Source: Candidatus Thalassarchaeaceae archaeon (GTDB lineage Archaea > Thermoplasmatota > Poseidoniia > Poseidoniales > Thalassarchaeaceae). Taken from it: a stretch of 64,000 nt of DNA. The position numbers and the translations under genes are program-made. Location of the stretch: assembly GCA_045568235.1 (NCBI GenBank), contig JBJLBJ010000032.1, positions 48,241-112,240 on the forward strand, written 5' to 3'. The stretch's first letter is position 1. Each line of letters starts with the position of its first letter. Shown in pieces: positions 49,116-59,421 of the stretch. A model generated the notes under the pieces. The model was given only the letters and a program-made list of their open reading frames with translations, had not been told where the DNA came from and did not search any database.

Positions 49116-50174
49116 TCAAATATTGGTTAATATTCTATGGAAATGATGTACTCCTCTTTCCATGCTAGGGGAATATCTGCCTCTATCGTATGAAGAACTA
49201 CTTACTCCAATTTGTACTGCTTCTACGATTTCTTGATCCTCTCTCTCAACTTTATCTAAATCTCCTCCCGCACCTTCTCCAATCGATGAAGAATCAGCAA
49301 TATATCTCTGATAAATTATTTCAGTTTTATTAACTGAAGTGGGGACTACTAAGTTTACTGATAAGCCCCAGGGATAGAAATTAAGCATCAATCCAGGAAA
49401 AATCCAAAAATAATAGGCAGCAATTTTCTTCCCATAATCCTTTGATATTTTAGGTAAGTCAAAGGAATCTTCATCATCCTTTGCAATTCCTATTTGTAAG
49501 ACTCCATTTTCAAATATTTCTGTTTCATAGTCATCATAACTCAATACTTCATTTAAGTCTGAATGAACATAGGGTATGTGAAAACCTTCAAGATAGTTAT
49601 CAACATATAACGCCCAATTTGCATTTATATTATATGATTTATAATATTCAGAATCATGGACGAAAGTCTCTATATCTAACCAACCTATTCTATCTTCTAA
49701 AAATTCAATCCATCCGGGGGTGCTTATTTCTTCTAAAGAAGTAAATAAAAGGCCTTTCCATCTTATGGTGGAGAAACATTTTAGATTATCAGAGTCATTA
49801 GGAAAATCTATGACATGATCGAATTTTGGCATATTTTTCATACATCCTTTCAAATCAAAAGTTCTGCCATGATATTTACATTTTAATACATTTGATTTAG
49901 TAGATTCAGTATTTATTATCATGCCTCTGTGGGAGCATACATTTGATAGAGATCTAATTACTCCATCTCTAGTTAAAACAATAGCTTCATTTATTAGTTT
50001 TTTTGAATGTTTTATTGGAACTATATTTTTTTGTGATAACTGATCTTCATGAGCCGAAAAGTGCCACATAAGGGCCATTTTCTTCTTGAACTTTTCAAAT
50101 ATTTTTTCATCCAAATAATACTTTGAAGGTAAAGTTTTGGCTAATTCAATTTTCTCATCTATCAGCGAACCCAT
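49116..50174 (-). CDS. Rieske [2Fe-2S] non-heme iron oxygenase, alpha-subunit-like
   Basis: Rieske motif 'CSHRGMII...CKYHGRTF' and a C-terminal catalytic domain with 'GFHIPYVH'. Confidence 0.8.
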   Translation of the reverse strand: MGSLIDEKIELAKTLPSKYYLDEKIFEKFKKKMALMWHFSAHEDQLSQKNIVPIKHSKKLINEAIVLTRDGVIRSLSNVCSHRGMIINTESTKSNVLKCKYHGRTFDLKGCMKNMPKFDHVIDFPNDSDNLKCFSTIRWKGLLFTSLEEISTPGWIEFLEDRIGWLDIETFVHDSEYYKSYNINANWALYVDNYLEGFHIPYVHSDLNEVLSYDDYETEIFENGVLQIGIAKDDEDSFDLPKISKDYGKKIAAYYFWIFPGLMLNFYPWGLSVNLVVPTSVNKTEIIYQRYIADSSSIGEGAGGDLDKVEREDQEIVEAVQIGVSSSSYDRGRYSPSMERGVHHFHRILTNI

Positions 50175-50180
50175 AATATT

Positions 50181-50702
50181 CTAATCGTCGTAGATACACT
50201 TGGATGTAGATATTTCCGTTTCTAGCATAAAATTAGTGAAAGACTCTACTCTATCATTATTTACGCCTAAATCACTTATCCCAAGTCTAGATTTAGAATA
50301 AACATACATGACTACTTCCTCATCTTCACAGTGTAAGTTAACTACAAAATCATCTGGGAATTTCCAAAATTTTGTTCTAAAGACTGCATGAGTATGATTT
50401 GGCCATTCTTGTAATATTTCTCCAGAATTTATTTTAATCCATTTATCTACTCCGTTCATGACATTACTAATATTCGATTCAAATCGAATTTCAGAAATAT
50501 TATTTCCTCTGTGAGGTATAGGGCCAATCATTGTACAATTTTTTGACTCATCCGGACAAGAATTGGGAAATTTTTCAGGTTTTATTACTTTATTTGGTGC
50601 AATAATTTGAATTGATGATATTATGATGATGTAAACAACTAGTAGTGCTAATGAAATTTGTAGCAAATTCTTTTTGTATGCATTTTTATCCAATAAATTC
50701 AC
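50181..50702 (-). CDS. DUF1499-like membrane-anchored protein
   Basis: An N-terminal TM helix. The C-terminal 'SKSRLGISDLGVNNDRVESF' resembles the DUF1499 signature. Confidence 0.4.
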   Translation of the reverse strand: MNLLDKNAYKKNLLQISLALLVVYIIIISSIQIIAPNKVIKPEKFPNSCPDESKNCTMIGPIPHRGNNISEIRFESNISNVMNGVDKWIKINSGEILQEWPNHTHAVFRTKFWKFPDDFVVNLHCEDEEVVMYVYSKSRLGISDLGVNNDRVESFTNFMLETEISTSKCIYDD

Positions 50703-51205
50703 CCTTCGTAAACAATTACTTTTGCAGCACGTAACACTCTATCATGTAACTTATACCCTTCTTCGATAACTTGGACTATTTTGCCTGGCTCTTCTCCGTC
50801 GGGACAGGGTACTGATGCAATTGCTTCCATGGTGGTGGGATCAAAAGAATTTTCTAAAATTTCTATTTTCTTAATACCTTCGTTAATTAACGCTAAAGAC
50901 ATATTTTCCAATATCAATTTTACTCCTTCAACTATGGATTCAGAATTTTCATCATTTCCGCCACTTTCTATGGCTCTATTAAGTCCATCAATAATCGGAA
51001 TTATTTTGCTTGCTAAATTAGCACCACCATACTTTAACGCTTCATTTTTATCTCTCAACAATCTTTGCCTAGTATTGACAATTTCAGCTGCCGAGTATTG
51101 CAATTCTTTTTCCAATTCTAATATTCTCTCCTCTAGAGATTGTACAGAATCTTCTCCCTCTACATCTCCTTCAACGGGAACATCATCCTCCGGGTCTTCA
51201 GACAT
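50699..51205 (-). CDS. grpE: nucleotide exchange factor GrpE
   Basis: An acidic N-terminus, the coiled coil 'NTRQRLLRDKNEALKYG' and the C-terminal 'GYKLHDRVLRAAKVIV'. Confidence 0.85.
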   Translation of the reverse strand: MSEDPEDDVPVEGDVEGEDSVQSLEERILELEKELQYSAAEIVNTRQRLLRDKNEALKYGGANLASKIIPIIDGLNRAIESGGNDENSESIVEGVKLILENMSLALINEGIKKIEILENSFDPTTMEAIASVPCPDGEEPGKIVQVIEEGYKLHDRVLRAAKVIVYEG

Positions 51206-51245
51206 GCCGCAGCGTCACCTGCATCATTCAAGAATCCAATGGACA

Positions 51246-53015
51246 TTATTCGACATAGAAGTATTCTCCTTCGATTTTTTGTTCTCTATCTTTCCTACTA
51301 CCTGGCTTATTTATTCTTGGTCTATGAGAATCATGATCTCTTCTGAATGTTACATCAACTTCAGAAAGAAATTTATTCATCCCCTTTCTTAGATTCAAAG
51401 GCCCTGTAGCATTACCGTTTTTACCTCCTTCTCCATCAAAAACTAATAAAGAATCACTAACTATATCAATAAAATAAATATCATGATCTATAACAAGGGC
51501 TGCCTTTTCATTACTTTCCATAGTTCTCCGTATTGCTTTGGCCGTTTCCATTCTTGCATTGGCATCTAGGTGCGCACTAGGTTCATCTAGCAGATATAGG
51601 TCTGCTTCTTTACCTAAACAAATCGCTATACTTACTGCCTGTAATTCTCCTCCTGATAATCTTTTAGCTTGTAATTCTAATAATTGATCAACCTGCAGAG
51701 GTCTTATTACTTGAGTATGGAATTCTCCACTTCTCCACTTCATACCCAGTTCTGAATCGAGCCAATTCTGGACATTTCCCTCAAAGTCAGTATTTACATG
51801 TTGTTGTTTATATGATATTTTTGCATCCATTGTACACCAACCAGAATCTGGTTCAAATTCTCCAGCAATCATCTTTACCATAGTTGTTTTTCCAGTAGCA
51901 TTTGGGCCAACTACTCCTACTACTTCTGCACTTCGAACTTGACCTTTACCAGTTTTTAAGTGGAAATCTCCAATTTTTTTCTCCATATCTCCCCAAGATA
52001 AGATTGGTAAACCAACTTCTTCTCCCCGTACTCTTCCTCTAAGGAACTGTATTGGCTTGTCACGTATTCTAACATTTTCTTCTGGCAGGTAACCGTCTAG
52101 ATAAGCATTAATTGCAGTTCTTGTGTTTCTAGGCTGGGTGAAAATACCATATGCAGCACGTTCTCCATAAACAATCTGTAATAAATCACACATAACATCA
52201 AGAATTGCTAAATCATGTTCAACAACTAATATTCTTTTTCCTCTTTCGACTAAGCCCTGGATAATTCTAACAATCCTCATTCGCTCATAAATATCAAGAT
52301 AAGACGAAGGCTCATCAAAAAAATATACATCAGCCTCTTTGAGTAGAGTTGCAGCCATGGCAACACGTTGTAACTCTCCTCCTGATAATTTATCCAAGGT
52401 TCGTTCCAATACTCCTTCAATGGCAAGAAGTTTTGCATATTGCGTAATTTCTCCTCTATCATCAACTCGTTCAAGTAACTCTTTGACTTTACCTTGGAAT
52501 ATTTTTGGAAGCTTGTCTATATACTGTGGCTTAACAGCAATTTTCACTCCTTCTTCTGCCACTGTAGTTAGATAATCTCGTAGTTCTCCTCTAGGAAATG
52601 ATTCAATTATTTCCTCCCATTCTTTTATCTCAAGACTCCATTCTCCAAGATTAGGCCTTAATGAACCAGATAGGATATTTATTGCCGTAGATTTTCCCAT
52701 GCCATTAGGCCCTAAAATACCAATGACTTGTTCCTCTCTTGGTGCTGGTAATCGAAAAAGGCCGAATCCATTTTCATCGTAACGATGAGTTAATTCGGAA
52801 TCAAGTTCTTTTGGTAGGTTTATTATTTTAACAGCATCTCCTGGGCATAATTTAGCGCGGGTAAAACAAACTGGACAAGCAGTTTCTAGGATTCTAAATT
52901 TATTTTCTTCAAACTGAATACATTCTGCACCACATGAACCAGCATATTTTAGTAAATAATTGAATGCTGGGCTATTAGGTTTACACCGCTCCTCCAATAG
53001 TACGGCTACTCTCAT
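51246..53015 (-). CDS. ribosome-recycling ABC ATPase ABCE1 (RNase L inhibitor)
   Basis: An N-terminal Cys-rich FeS domain ('CGAECIQ', 'CPVCFTRAKLCP') and two ABC cassettes ('GPNGMGKST' and 'GPNATGKTT'). Confidence 0.9.
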   Translation of the reverse strand: MRVAVLLEERCKPNSPAFNYLLKYAGSCGAECIQFEENKFRILETACPVCFTRAKLCPGDAVKIINLPKELDSELTHRYDENGFGLFRLPAPREEQVIGILGPNGMGKSTAINILSGSLRPNLGEWSLEIKEWEEIIESFPRGELRDYLTTVAEEGVKIAVKPQYIDKLPKIFQGKVKELLERVDDRGEITQYAKLLAIEGVLERTLDKLSGGELQRVAMAATLLKEADVYFFDEPSSYLDIYERMRIVRIIQGLVERGKRILVVEHDLAILDVMCDLLQIVYGERAAYGIFTQPRNTRTAINAYLDGYLPEENVRIRDKPIQFLRGRVRGEEVGLPILSWGDMEKKIGDFHLKTGKGQVRSAEVVGVVGPNATGKTTMVKMIAGEFEPDSGWCTMDAKISYKQQHVNTDFEGNVQNWLDSELGMKWRSGEFHTQVIRPLQVDQLLELQAKRLSGGELQAVSIAICLGKEADLYLLDEPSAHLDANARMETAKAIRRTMESNEKAALVIDHDIYFIDIVSDSLLVFDGEGGKNGNATGPLNLRKGMNKFLSEVDVTFRRDHDSHRPRINKPGSRKDREQKIEGEYFYVE

Positions 53016-53077
53016 GACAACTCCTCTCTAAATACGTCATGCATCTATTATATTAGGACAGACTCTAATTTATAATA

Positions 53078-54391
53078 TCATACTGCCAAGAATCTGTACC
53101 TTATGTAGACATACCCTGCAAGTAGAATTTTTTCAGTCTTAGATAATTGAATTCTTTCTGCAAATACATCTCCATCATTTTTCTTAATCTTCTTCAGTAT
53201 CGAACTATAGAATGCAGCCATAGCCGCAGGTGAATATCTAGATGATTTATCAAGTAAAGGTAATAATTTGAAAGCCTTATCTCTATATTCATTGGCCCTT
53301 TGTATGTAACTTTCTACAAATGGTTTCCAGCCTGGATGGTTATTAATGCCATTATTATTTAGTATGTCATCTTCTGTGATGCCATATCTCTCTAAATCTT
53401 CTAACGGTAAGTATATCCTATTTCTTTCTGCATCTTCTTTGACATCTCTTAAGATATTCACAAGTTGCATAAAAATACCCCAAGACTCCGCATATTCCTT
53501 TGCTTTGATATTATCATAACCATAAATCTCAATACAAACTAGTCCAACTGTAGAGGCGACTCTGTAACAATAGGCATAGAGATCTTCGAATGTATTATAT
53601 CTATTACTATGGAAGTCATCTTCCATTCCACTAACCATGTCATCAAGTAACTGTTTCGGTATGCCAAAATTATTCACAGTATCTTTTATTGCCATAAAAA
53701 TAGGATCTGTAGAGGTTACATCTTCGTATGCCGTAGACAATTTTTTCCTGTAATAAAATAACTGAGACATTTTTTCATTGTATGAAACTCTGTCTAAAAC
53801 AGCGTTTCCATTACTCAAGTTTAGTATATTATTCCTATATTCTATTGATTCTGGATCGTCGGACGAACCTCCTGGAAAAACATCCACAAAATCTCCGTCT
53901 GCTATATCGTCTGCTCTTCTACAAAATGCATAATAAGCACAAATTGCTTTCCTCTCATAATCTGGCAAATATTTAAACGAATGATAAAAATTTCCTGCTT
54001 CTCTACGAGTTAATTCTTCACAATAATCATATGCGGTAGATATCATATGAGACGGTACTTCTGTTTCTTCCCATATCGGAGCATCTATGTATCTGAATGG
54101 ATTTGTTAATTCTCCTCTTGAACCGATTACTCCCATGAAGATAGCACCTTCTCGAAGAGTTTCAAGAGCCGTTATACTAATCGCACGCGTAGCATCCTTT
54201 GTCATTTTTACAGCAGATCGAACTAATTGAATTCTTTTCACTGCATTTTCTGTTTCCGAATCTATCAATGAAATGCTATCATCATCTCGAAAATTTTGTT
54301 CGAAGATGAAATCTGAAATCTGCTCTTCGCTCATGGCTTTCATGTTAAGCGAGAACAATGCTTTCTTGAAGTTCACTATGAGGTGTGCCAA
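53078..54391 (-). CDS. squalene/phytoene synthase family protein (paralog A)
   Basis: 'YAFCRRADDIADG' (DDxxD), 'MVSGMEDDF' and 'NILRDVKEDAERNRIYLP'. It has an N-terminal extension of about 100 aa. Confidence 0.8.
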   Translation of the reverse strand: MAHLIVNFKKALFSLNMKAMSEEQISDFIFEQNFRDDDSISLIDSETENAVKRIQLVRSAVKMTKDATRAISITALETLREGAIFMGVIGSRGELTNPFRYIDAPIWEETEVPSHMISTAYDYCEELTRREAGNFYHSFKYLPDYERKAICAYYAFCRRADDIADGDFVDVFPGGSSDDPESIEYRNNILNLSNGNAVLDRVSYNEKMSQLFYYRKKLSTAYEDVTSTDPIFMAIKDTVNNFGIPKQLLDDMVSGMEDDFHSNRYNTFEDLYAYCYRVASTVGLVCIEIYGYDNIKAKEYAESWGIFMQLVNILRDVKEDAERNRIYLPLEDLERYGITEDDILNNNGINNHPGWKPFVESYIQRANEYRDKAFKLLPLLDKSSRYSPAAMAAFYSSILKKIKKNDGDVFAERIQLSKTEKILLAGYVYIRYRFLAV

Positions 54392-54400
54392 AAAATATCA

Positions 54401-55435
54401 TCATTTTTCAAAAATTATATCACTTTTTCCAATTAGTTTTGAAGTTCTATTTTTTGTTATTGAAGCAAATAATGACTTTCTAAATATCGATTTAATTTCC
54501 TTTCTAGATACCTTTATCGGATTTTCCCTATCTAGGACATTATTCTCACTCAGCATTTTCAGAGTACTTTGTCCTATTAATATAGGCAGAATACAGGAAA
54601 ATCTTAACCTATACTGATTTTTAGGTAATAAATTAACCCATTTAATTGCACAATTTAGGTGATTATACGCCTTTGAGATATAAGAATCAAAAATAGGTCT
54701 AAATTTATCCATATTATTGGAATCTAACAAATCCTTTGGTTCTAAATCATATTGTAATAATTTTTCCATTGGCATGTAACATCGCCCCATCGCAATATCT
54801 TCAGGAATATCTCTAAGAATATTAATCAGTTGTAATGATTTACCGAATCTAATCCCATTTTCAAATAAGTTATTTCGCATCTCATTATCAACTTCAAATT
54901 GGTGATCTAAGGTCATATGAGTCCAGAATTCTCCAACAGAACCGGCAACAGAGTATGTATATTCATCTAGTTCATCTTCATTATTCAATGCTATTATTTC
55001 TTCTTTGTTCGATACATCGAATCTTTCCAAATCAAGTGTTTGCCCTCTAATTATGATTTCTAGACATTCTCTAATTCTTACTCTATCTCTTTCACTAAAA
55101 ATATCGGATTCTTCTAAATATTTTATTGGCAATATTACATCTTGTAATAATTTCTGTTCTGCAGGATTTTCTTGAAGTAAAGATAAATTTGCCAAATCAG
55201 GAATTGTTTCAGATCTTTTTTGTACTCTATCATTATATTGACCAATTAAGCGGATTAGTATATCATTTTCTCCTACTTTCGAGTCAGCAATAGTATCTGA
55301 AAGTCTGGCTAATAAATAAAGTAAGCCTATCTGTTTACGAATTTTCTTTGGAAGAAAATTTAATGTCAAATAAAATGATCTAGAAGTACCTTTAAGCAAA
55401 ATATCGATTTTTTTATCGATTTTTTTCACTATCAC
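54401..55435 (-). CDS. squalene/phytoene synthase family protein (paralog B, first Asp-rich motif altered)
   Basis: 'SRSFYLTLNFLP', 'LLARLSDTIAD' (SDxxD in place of DDxxD) and 'NILRDIPEDIAMGRCYMP'. Confidence 0.75.
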   Translation of the reverse strand: MIVKKIDKKIDILLKGTSRSFYLTLNFLPKKIRKQIGLLYLLARLSDTIADSKVGENDILIRLIGQYNDRVQKRSETIPDLANLSLLQENPAEQKLLQDVILPIKYLEESDIFSERDRVRIRECLEIIIRGQTLDLERFDVSNKEEIIALNNEDELDEYTYSVAGSVGEFWTHMTLDHQFEVDNEMRNNLFENGIRFGKSLQLINILRDIPEDIAMGRCYMPMEKLLQYDLEPKDLLDSNNMDKFRPIFDSYISKAYNHLNCAIKWVNLLPKNQYRLRFSCILPILIGQSTLKMLSENNVLDRENPIKVSRKEIKSIFRKSLFASITKNRTSKLIGKSDIIFEK

Positions 55436-55448
55436 AACACTCCTTAAG

Positions 55449-56369
55449 TTATTTTATTCCTACATCTTTTAGTGCCTTAATTAGAACATTACCTATTTCC
55501 GAAGGATCTCTTGCGACATAAATGCCCGCTCTTTCAAATGCAGCAAATTTTTCTTCCGCAGTCCCCCTTCCTCCTGAAATAATTGCTCCAGCATGCCCCA
55601 TTCTTTTACCGGGAGGGGCTGTTGAACCTGCAACAAAACCAACTATTGGTTTACTCATATTCTTTGATGCCCATTCCGCAGCTTCTTCTTCAGCCGTTCC
55701 TCCAATTTCTCCAATTAATACTATTGCTTCTGTCTGACTATCATCTTCAAATGCTCGTAAACAGTCAATAAATCCTGTTCCATTTACTGGGTCCCCTCCA
55801 ATTCCTACGCATGTAGATTGACCTTCTCCAACACTCATTGTTTGTGCAACTGCTTCATAAGTTAATGTGCCACTTTTCGACACAATTCCTATTCTGCCCT
55901 TTGCATGTATGAAACCGGGCATAATGCCAACTTTACAACCTCCATTTTCTCTTGGCGTGATTATCCCAGGGCAATTCGGACCTATTAATCGAACATCAGG
56001 ACATTTTTTCACTTTAGCTACTGCGTTTACCATATCAAGAATGGGGATTCCTTCAGTTATACATACTATCAATCCACCTCCATTTTCTTGAAAAGCATTA
56101 GCAGCTTCTACTATTGCTGCAGATGCGAAGCGTGCAGGGACATAGATGACACTCACATTCGCTCCAGTTTTTTCTATTGCTTCTTGCATAGAATCATAAA
56201 CTGTAATTTCCCTTCCTGTGAAGTTTAATTTCTGCCCTCCTTTGCCTGGCGTTACTCCTCCTACCACATTAGTCTCATATTCAATCATTCTTGTCCCATG
56301 AAATGTTCCTTGTTTTCCTGTGATTCCTTGAATCAAAATCTTACTATTTTCATCAACCCAAATGGACAT
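55449..56369 (-). CDS. sucD: succinyl-CoA synthetase alpha subunit
   Basis: '[11 protein letters not shown]', 'SKSGTLTYE' and '[11 protein letters not shown]' (the phosphohistidine loop). Confidence 0.95.
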   Translation of the reverse strand: MSIWVDENSKILIQGITGKQGTFHGTRMIEYETNVVGGVTPGKGGQKLNFTGREITVYDSMQEAIEKTGANVSVIYVPARFASAAIVEAANAFQENGGGLIVCITEGIPILDMVNAVAKVKKCPDVRLIGPNCPGIITPRENGGCKVGIMPGFIHAKGRIGIVSKSGTLTYEAVAQTMSVGEGQSTCVGIGGDPVNGTGFIDCLRAFEDDSQTEAIVLIGEIGGTAEEEAAEWASKNMSKPIVGFVAGSTAPPGKRMGHAGAIISGGRGTAEEKFAAFERAGIYVARDPSEIGNVLIKALKDVGIK

Positions 56370-57577
56370 TATTTACTCCTCCTTGTTAGATTAACTATTT
56401 TTTCTGCCCCTTCTGCTAGAGTAGTTGCAGTATGCACATTTAAATCACTTTTATTCAATATTTCAGTCCCTTCAACATGGTTTGTACCTGAAAATCTCAC
56501 TACAAGAGGAACATCTAATCCTATCTCTTTCGATGCTTCAATTACACTATTTGCTACCATGTCGCATTGAATTATTCCTCCAAAAATATTCACTAATATA
56601 CCTTCTACATTTTTATCCTCGAGTATTATTTCAAATGCTGCGGTAATCGACTCACGCGTTGCCCCTCCTCCTATGTCTAAGAAATTTGCTGGCTCACTTC
56701 CATAAAGTTTTATTACATCCATTGAAGCCATAGCTAGGCCTGCTCCATTCACCAGACATCCAATATTGCCATCCAATTTTACATAAGATAGTCCATATTC
56801 ATTAGCTCTTATTTCTACTTCCTCTTCTTCTGTTAAATCTCTTAAATTGTTTCTCCATGGGTGTCTGAAATCAGCACTATCATCAAAACTAACTTTCCCG
56901 TCTAATGCTATTATTTCTCCTGATTCACTCTTTACAAGTGGATTAATTTCAATCATTGAACAATCTTTGTCCAAAAACATAGTATATAATGAATTTACCA
57001 TTTCAATCATTTCATGTTTAGATGTACCCTCAAGTCCTAATAATTCAGCGAACATTGCCACGTCTTCATTTGCTAAACCTTCCAATGGATCTGCCCAAAT
57101 CTTATGAATAGCTTCTGGTGTTTTTTCTGCTACTTCTTCTATGTCAACTCCGCCTTCAGTTGAACCCATTACTAGTACTGATTTAGTCTCACGATCAATT
57201 AATAGAGCCAAATAATATTCATGTGAAATATTACATCCTGATTCTATATACAAGTTATTTACTATTTTCCCCTCTTTTCCAGTTTGCTTGGTTACTAACT
57301 TATTGCCAATTATTGATGAAGCATATTGTCTTACTTCTTCTTTCGAGAATGCTATTTTAACTCCTCCTTCCATAATCAAATCATTAGTTATTGGATCATA
57401 AAGAACTCCCTTCCCCCTTCCTCCAGCATGTATCTGACTCTTTACTGCGACAATATCGGAATTTAATTCGTCATATGCATTTAACGCTCCATCTACATTT
57501 GTACAATGAATTCCTTTGACTACTTTGACTCCAGAGTCACCAAAAATCGCCTTTGCCTGATATTCGTGAATATTCAT
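56369..57577 (-). CDS. sucC: succinyl-CoA synthetase beta subunit
   Basis: '[12 protein letters not shown]' and '[18 protein letters not shown]'. Confidence 0.95.
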   Translation of the reverse strand: MNIHEYQAKAIFGDSGVKVVKGIHCTNVDGALNAYDELNSDIVAVKSQIHAGGRGKGVLYDPITNDLIMEGGVKIAFSKEEVRQYASSIIGNKLVTKQTGKEGKIVNNLYIESGCNISHEYYLALLIDRETKSVLVMGSTEGGVDIEEVAEKTPEAIHKIWADPLEGLANEDVAMFAELLGLEGTSKHEMIEMVNSLYTMFLDKDCSMIEINPLVKSESGEIIALDGKVSFDDSADFRHPWRNNLRDLTEEEEVEIRANEYGLSYVKLDGNIGCLVNGAGLAMASMDVIKLYGSEPANFLDIGGGATRESITAAFEIILEDKNVEGILVNIFGGIIQCDMVANSVIEASKEIGLDVPLVVRFSGTNHVEGTEILNKSDLNVHTATTLAEGAEKIVNLTRRSK

Positions 57578-57678
57578 GTTCTTCCCACCCCCTCATCATC
57601 TTTGAAAGATACTGTAGATAGTATTGTTAAAGACTAATCAAACGAAGAACTCAAAGCGTAACTCTCACACCATAAAAC

Positions 57679-58638
57679 ATGGAAGTTATCGTACTTGTTG
57701 GAGGATTTGGAACCAGATTACGCCCTTGGACAGAAGAAAGAGCCAAACCCTTACTTCCTATACTTGACAAAACACTCTTGGAACGTGTTATTGAAGTTGT
57801 TCCAGAAGACTTGATATCCAGAGTCATTATTGCCGCTGGCCATGGCGTCGATCAAATTGAGAATTTTTTCTCAAAGAATAAAACTAATTATGAAGTTCTC
57901 ATTTCAGTAGAAAAAGAGGCTTTAGGAACGGGAGGGGCTGTTGGCCTAGCTGCTAAAAAACTTAATGGCACAGGCCCAGTATTAATTTTGAATGGAGATT
58001 TAATTTCAAGTGTCAACGTTCATGAATTATTAGAACACCACAATAATACAGGTGCTAGAGCAACATTATCTCTGTGGGAAGTGGAAGACCCAAGTCGTTT
58101 TGGAGTCTGCGATCTAGATGAATCAGGAATGATAAGAAGATTCCAAGAAAAACCAGATCCAGGAACTGAGTTTTCGAATTTGATTAATGCAGGATGTGTC
58201 ATAGTAAGTAGAGATTTAATCAATCAGTTCTCCAGTGAGAAGCATAGTATGGAAAGAGTAGTTTTCCCGCCTGTCGCAAAGTCTGGAGAAATGGCTGGAC
58301 TTGTTTTTTCAGGATACTTTGTTGATGCCGGAACTCCTAATTCATTTATTGAAGCAGCACAAACTTGCATTGAAAATAATAGATTTATTTCAGGAAAAAA
58401 AATAGCTAATTCATGGTATGGAGAAGGAGTTTCTAATACTTCTTCATCTATAAGGTGCTCAATAGGGAAAAATGTCTCAATACATGAAACATCTTCTTTA
58501 TTGGATTGTGTTGTTCTAAAAAATGCCAATATAGGTAAAGATGTTAAATTAGAGAGATGTTTAATAGGCGAAGGTTCAATTATATCTGATGATACAGTTT
58601 TATCAGATTCTGTAGTGAATCATCACACGACTTTCTGA
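57679..58638 (+). CDS. sugar-1-phosphate nucleotidyltransferase with C-terminal left-handed beta-helix
   Basis: 'VLVGGFGTRLRPWTEERAKPLLPI' and a hexapeptide-repeat-like C-terminus. Confidence 0.8.
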   Translation: MEVIVLVGGFGTRLRPWTEERAKPLLPILDKTLLERVIEVVPEDLISRVIIAAGHGVDQIENFFSKNKTNYEVLISVEKEALGTGGAVGLAAKKLNGTGPVLILNGDLISSVNVHELLEHHNNTGARATLSLWEVEDPSRFGVCDLDESGMIRRFQEKPDPGTEFSNLINAGCVIVSRDLINQFSSEKHSMERVVFPPVAKSGEMAGLVFSGYFVDAGTPNSFIEAAQTCIENNRFISGKKIANSWYGEGVSNTSSSIRCSIGKNVSIHETSSLLDCVVLKNANIGKDVKLERCLIGEGSIISDDTVLSDSVVNHHTTF

Positions 58639-59348
58639 TGGTTTATTCCGACATTGTAAAATCCATTGTCCTTTCCGGCAGTAACATGGAAGAAAATCTT
58701 GTAGTTGTGAATTTTAAAACTTATCAGACAGCGCATGGTCTTTCTGCAGAGAATTTAGCAAAGATAATGCAGAATTTAGAAAGCGATGCTCGCATTGTCG
58801 CTGTAGTATCTGCATTTGATCTTTCATCAGTAGTTAATATAGCTCCAAATTTAGAGGTTTGGACTCAACATTTAGATCCAATCCAATTCGGTTCAAACAC
58901 TGGTTGGTTACATCCTGATACTGCTATAGAAAGAGGTGCCAAAGGTACTTTGATAAATCATGCAGAACATAAAGTTAGCATTGAACATATTGCTATGTTA
59001 TTGGATCAAGTGCCAGAAGATTTTACTGTTTGCGCATGTGCTGCTGATATTGAAGAAGCAAAATCATTAGCAGCATTGAGGCCTACTTTTGTTGCAGTGG
59101 AGCCACCAGAATTGATAGGAGGAGATATTTCTGTCACGTCTGCTGATCCAAAAATTGTAACTGGGACAGTCGATGCTGTCAAAGATATCTCTACCGATGT
59201 TGGTATATTATGTGGTGCAGGAGTGAAAAATGGTTCTGATGTTTCTATGGCACTTGAACTAGGTACTTCAGGAGTATTACTTGCCAGTGGAGTGACTAAA
59301 TCTTCAAACCCAATTGAGGCTTTGAATGATTTAATTTCAAAAATATAA
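58638..59348 (+). CDS. tpiA: triosephosphate isomerase (archaeal short type)
   Basis: 'VVNFKTY', 'LINHAEHK' and 'VAVEPPELIGG'. The likely true start is Met at 58686. Confidence 0.85.
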   Translation: MVYSDIVKSIVLSGSNMEENLVVVNFKTYQTAHGLSAENLAKIMQNLESDARIVAVVSAFDLSSVVNIAPNLEVWTQHLDPIQFGSNTGWLHPDTAIERGAKGTLINHAEHKVSIEHIAMLLDQVPEDFTVCACAADIEEAKSLAALRPTFVAVEPPELIGGDISVTSADPKIVTGTVDAVKDISTDVGILCGAGVKNGSDVSMALELGTSGVLLASGVTKSSNPIEALNDLISKI

Positions 59349-59421
59349 TCTCATTAAAATATTTTTTTATTCAAATTTATGGCGTTTAAACCGCAGCCCT
59401 TTTGTTTAACTCATTAATGCG

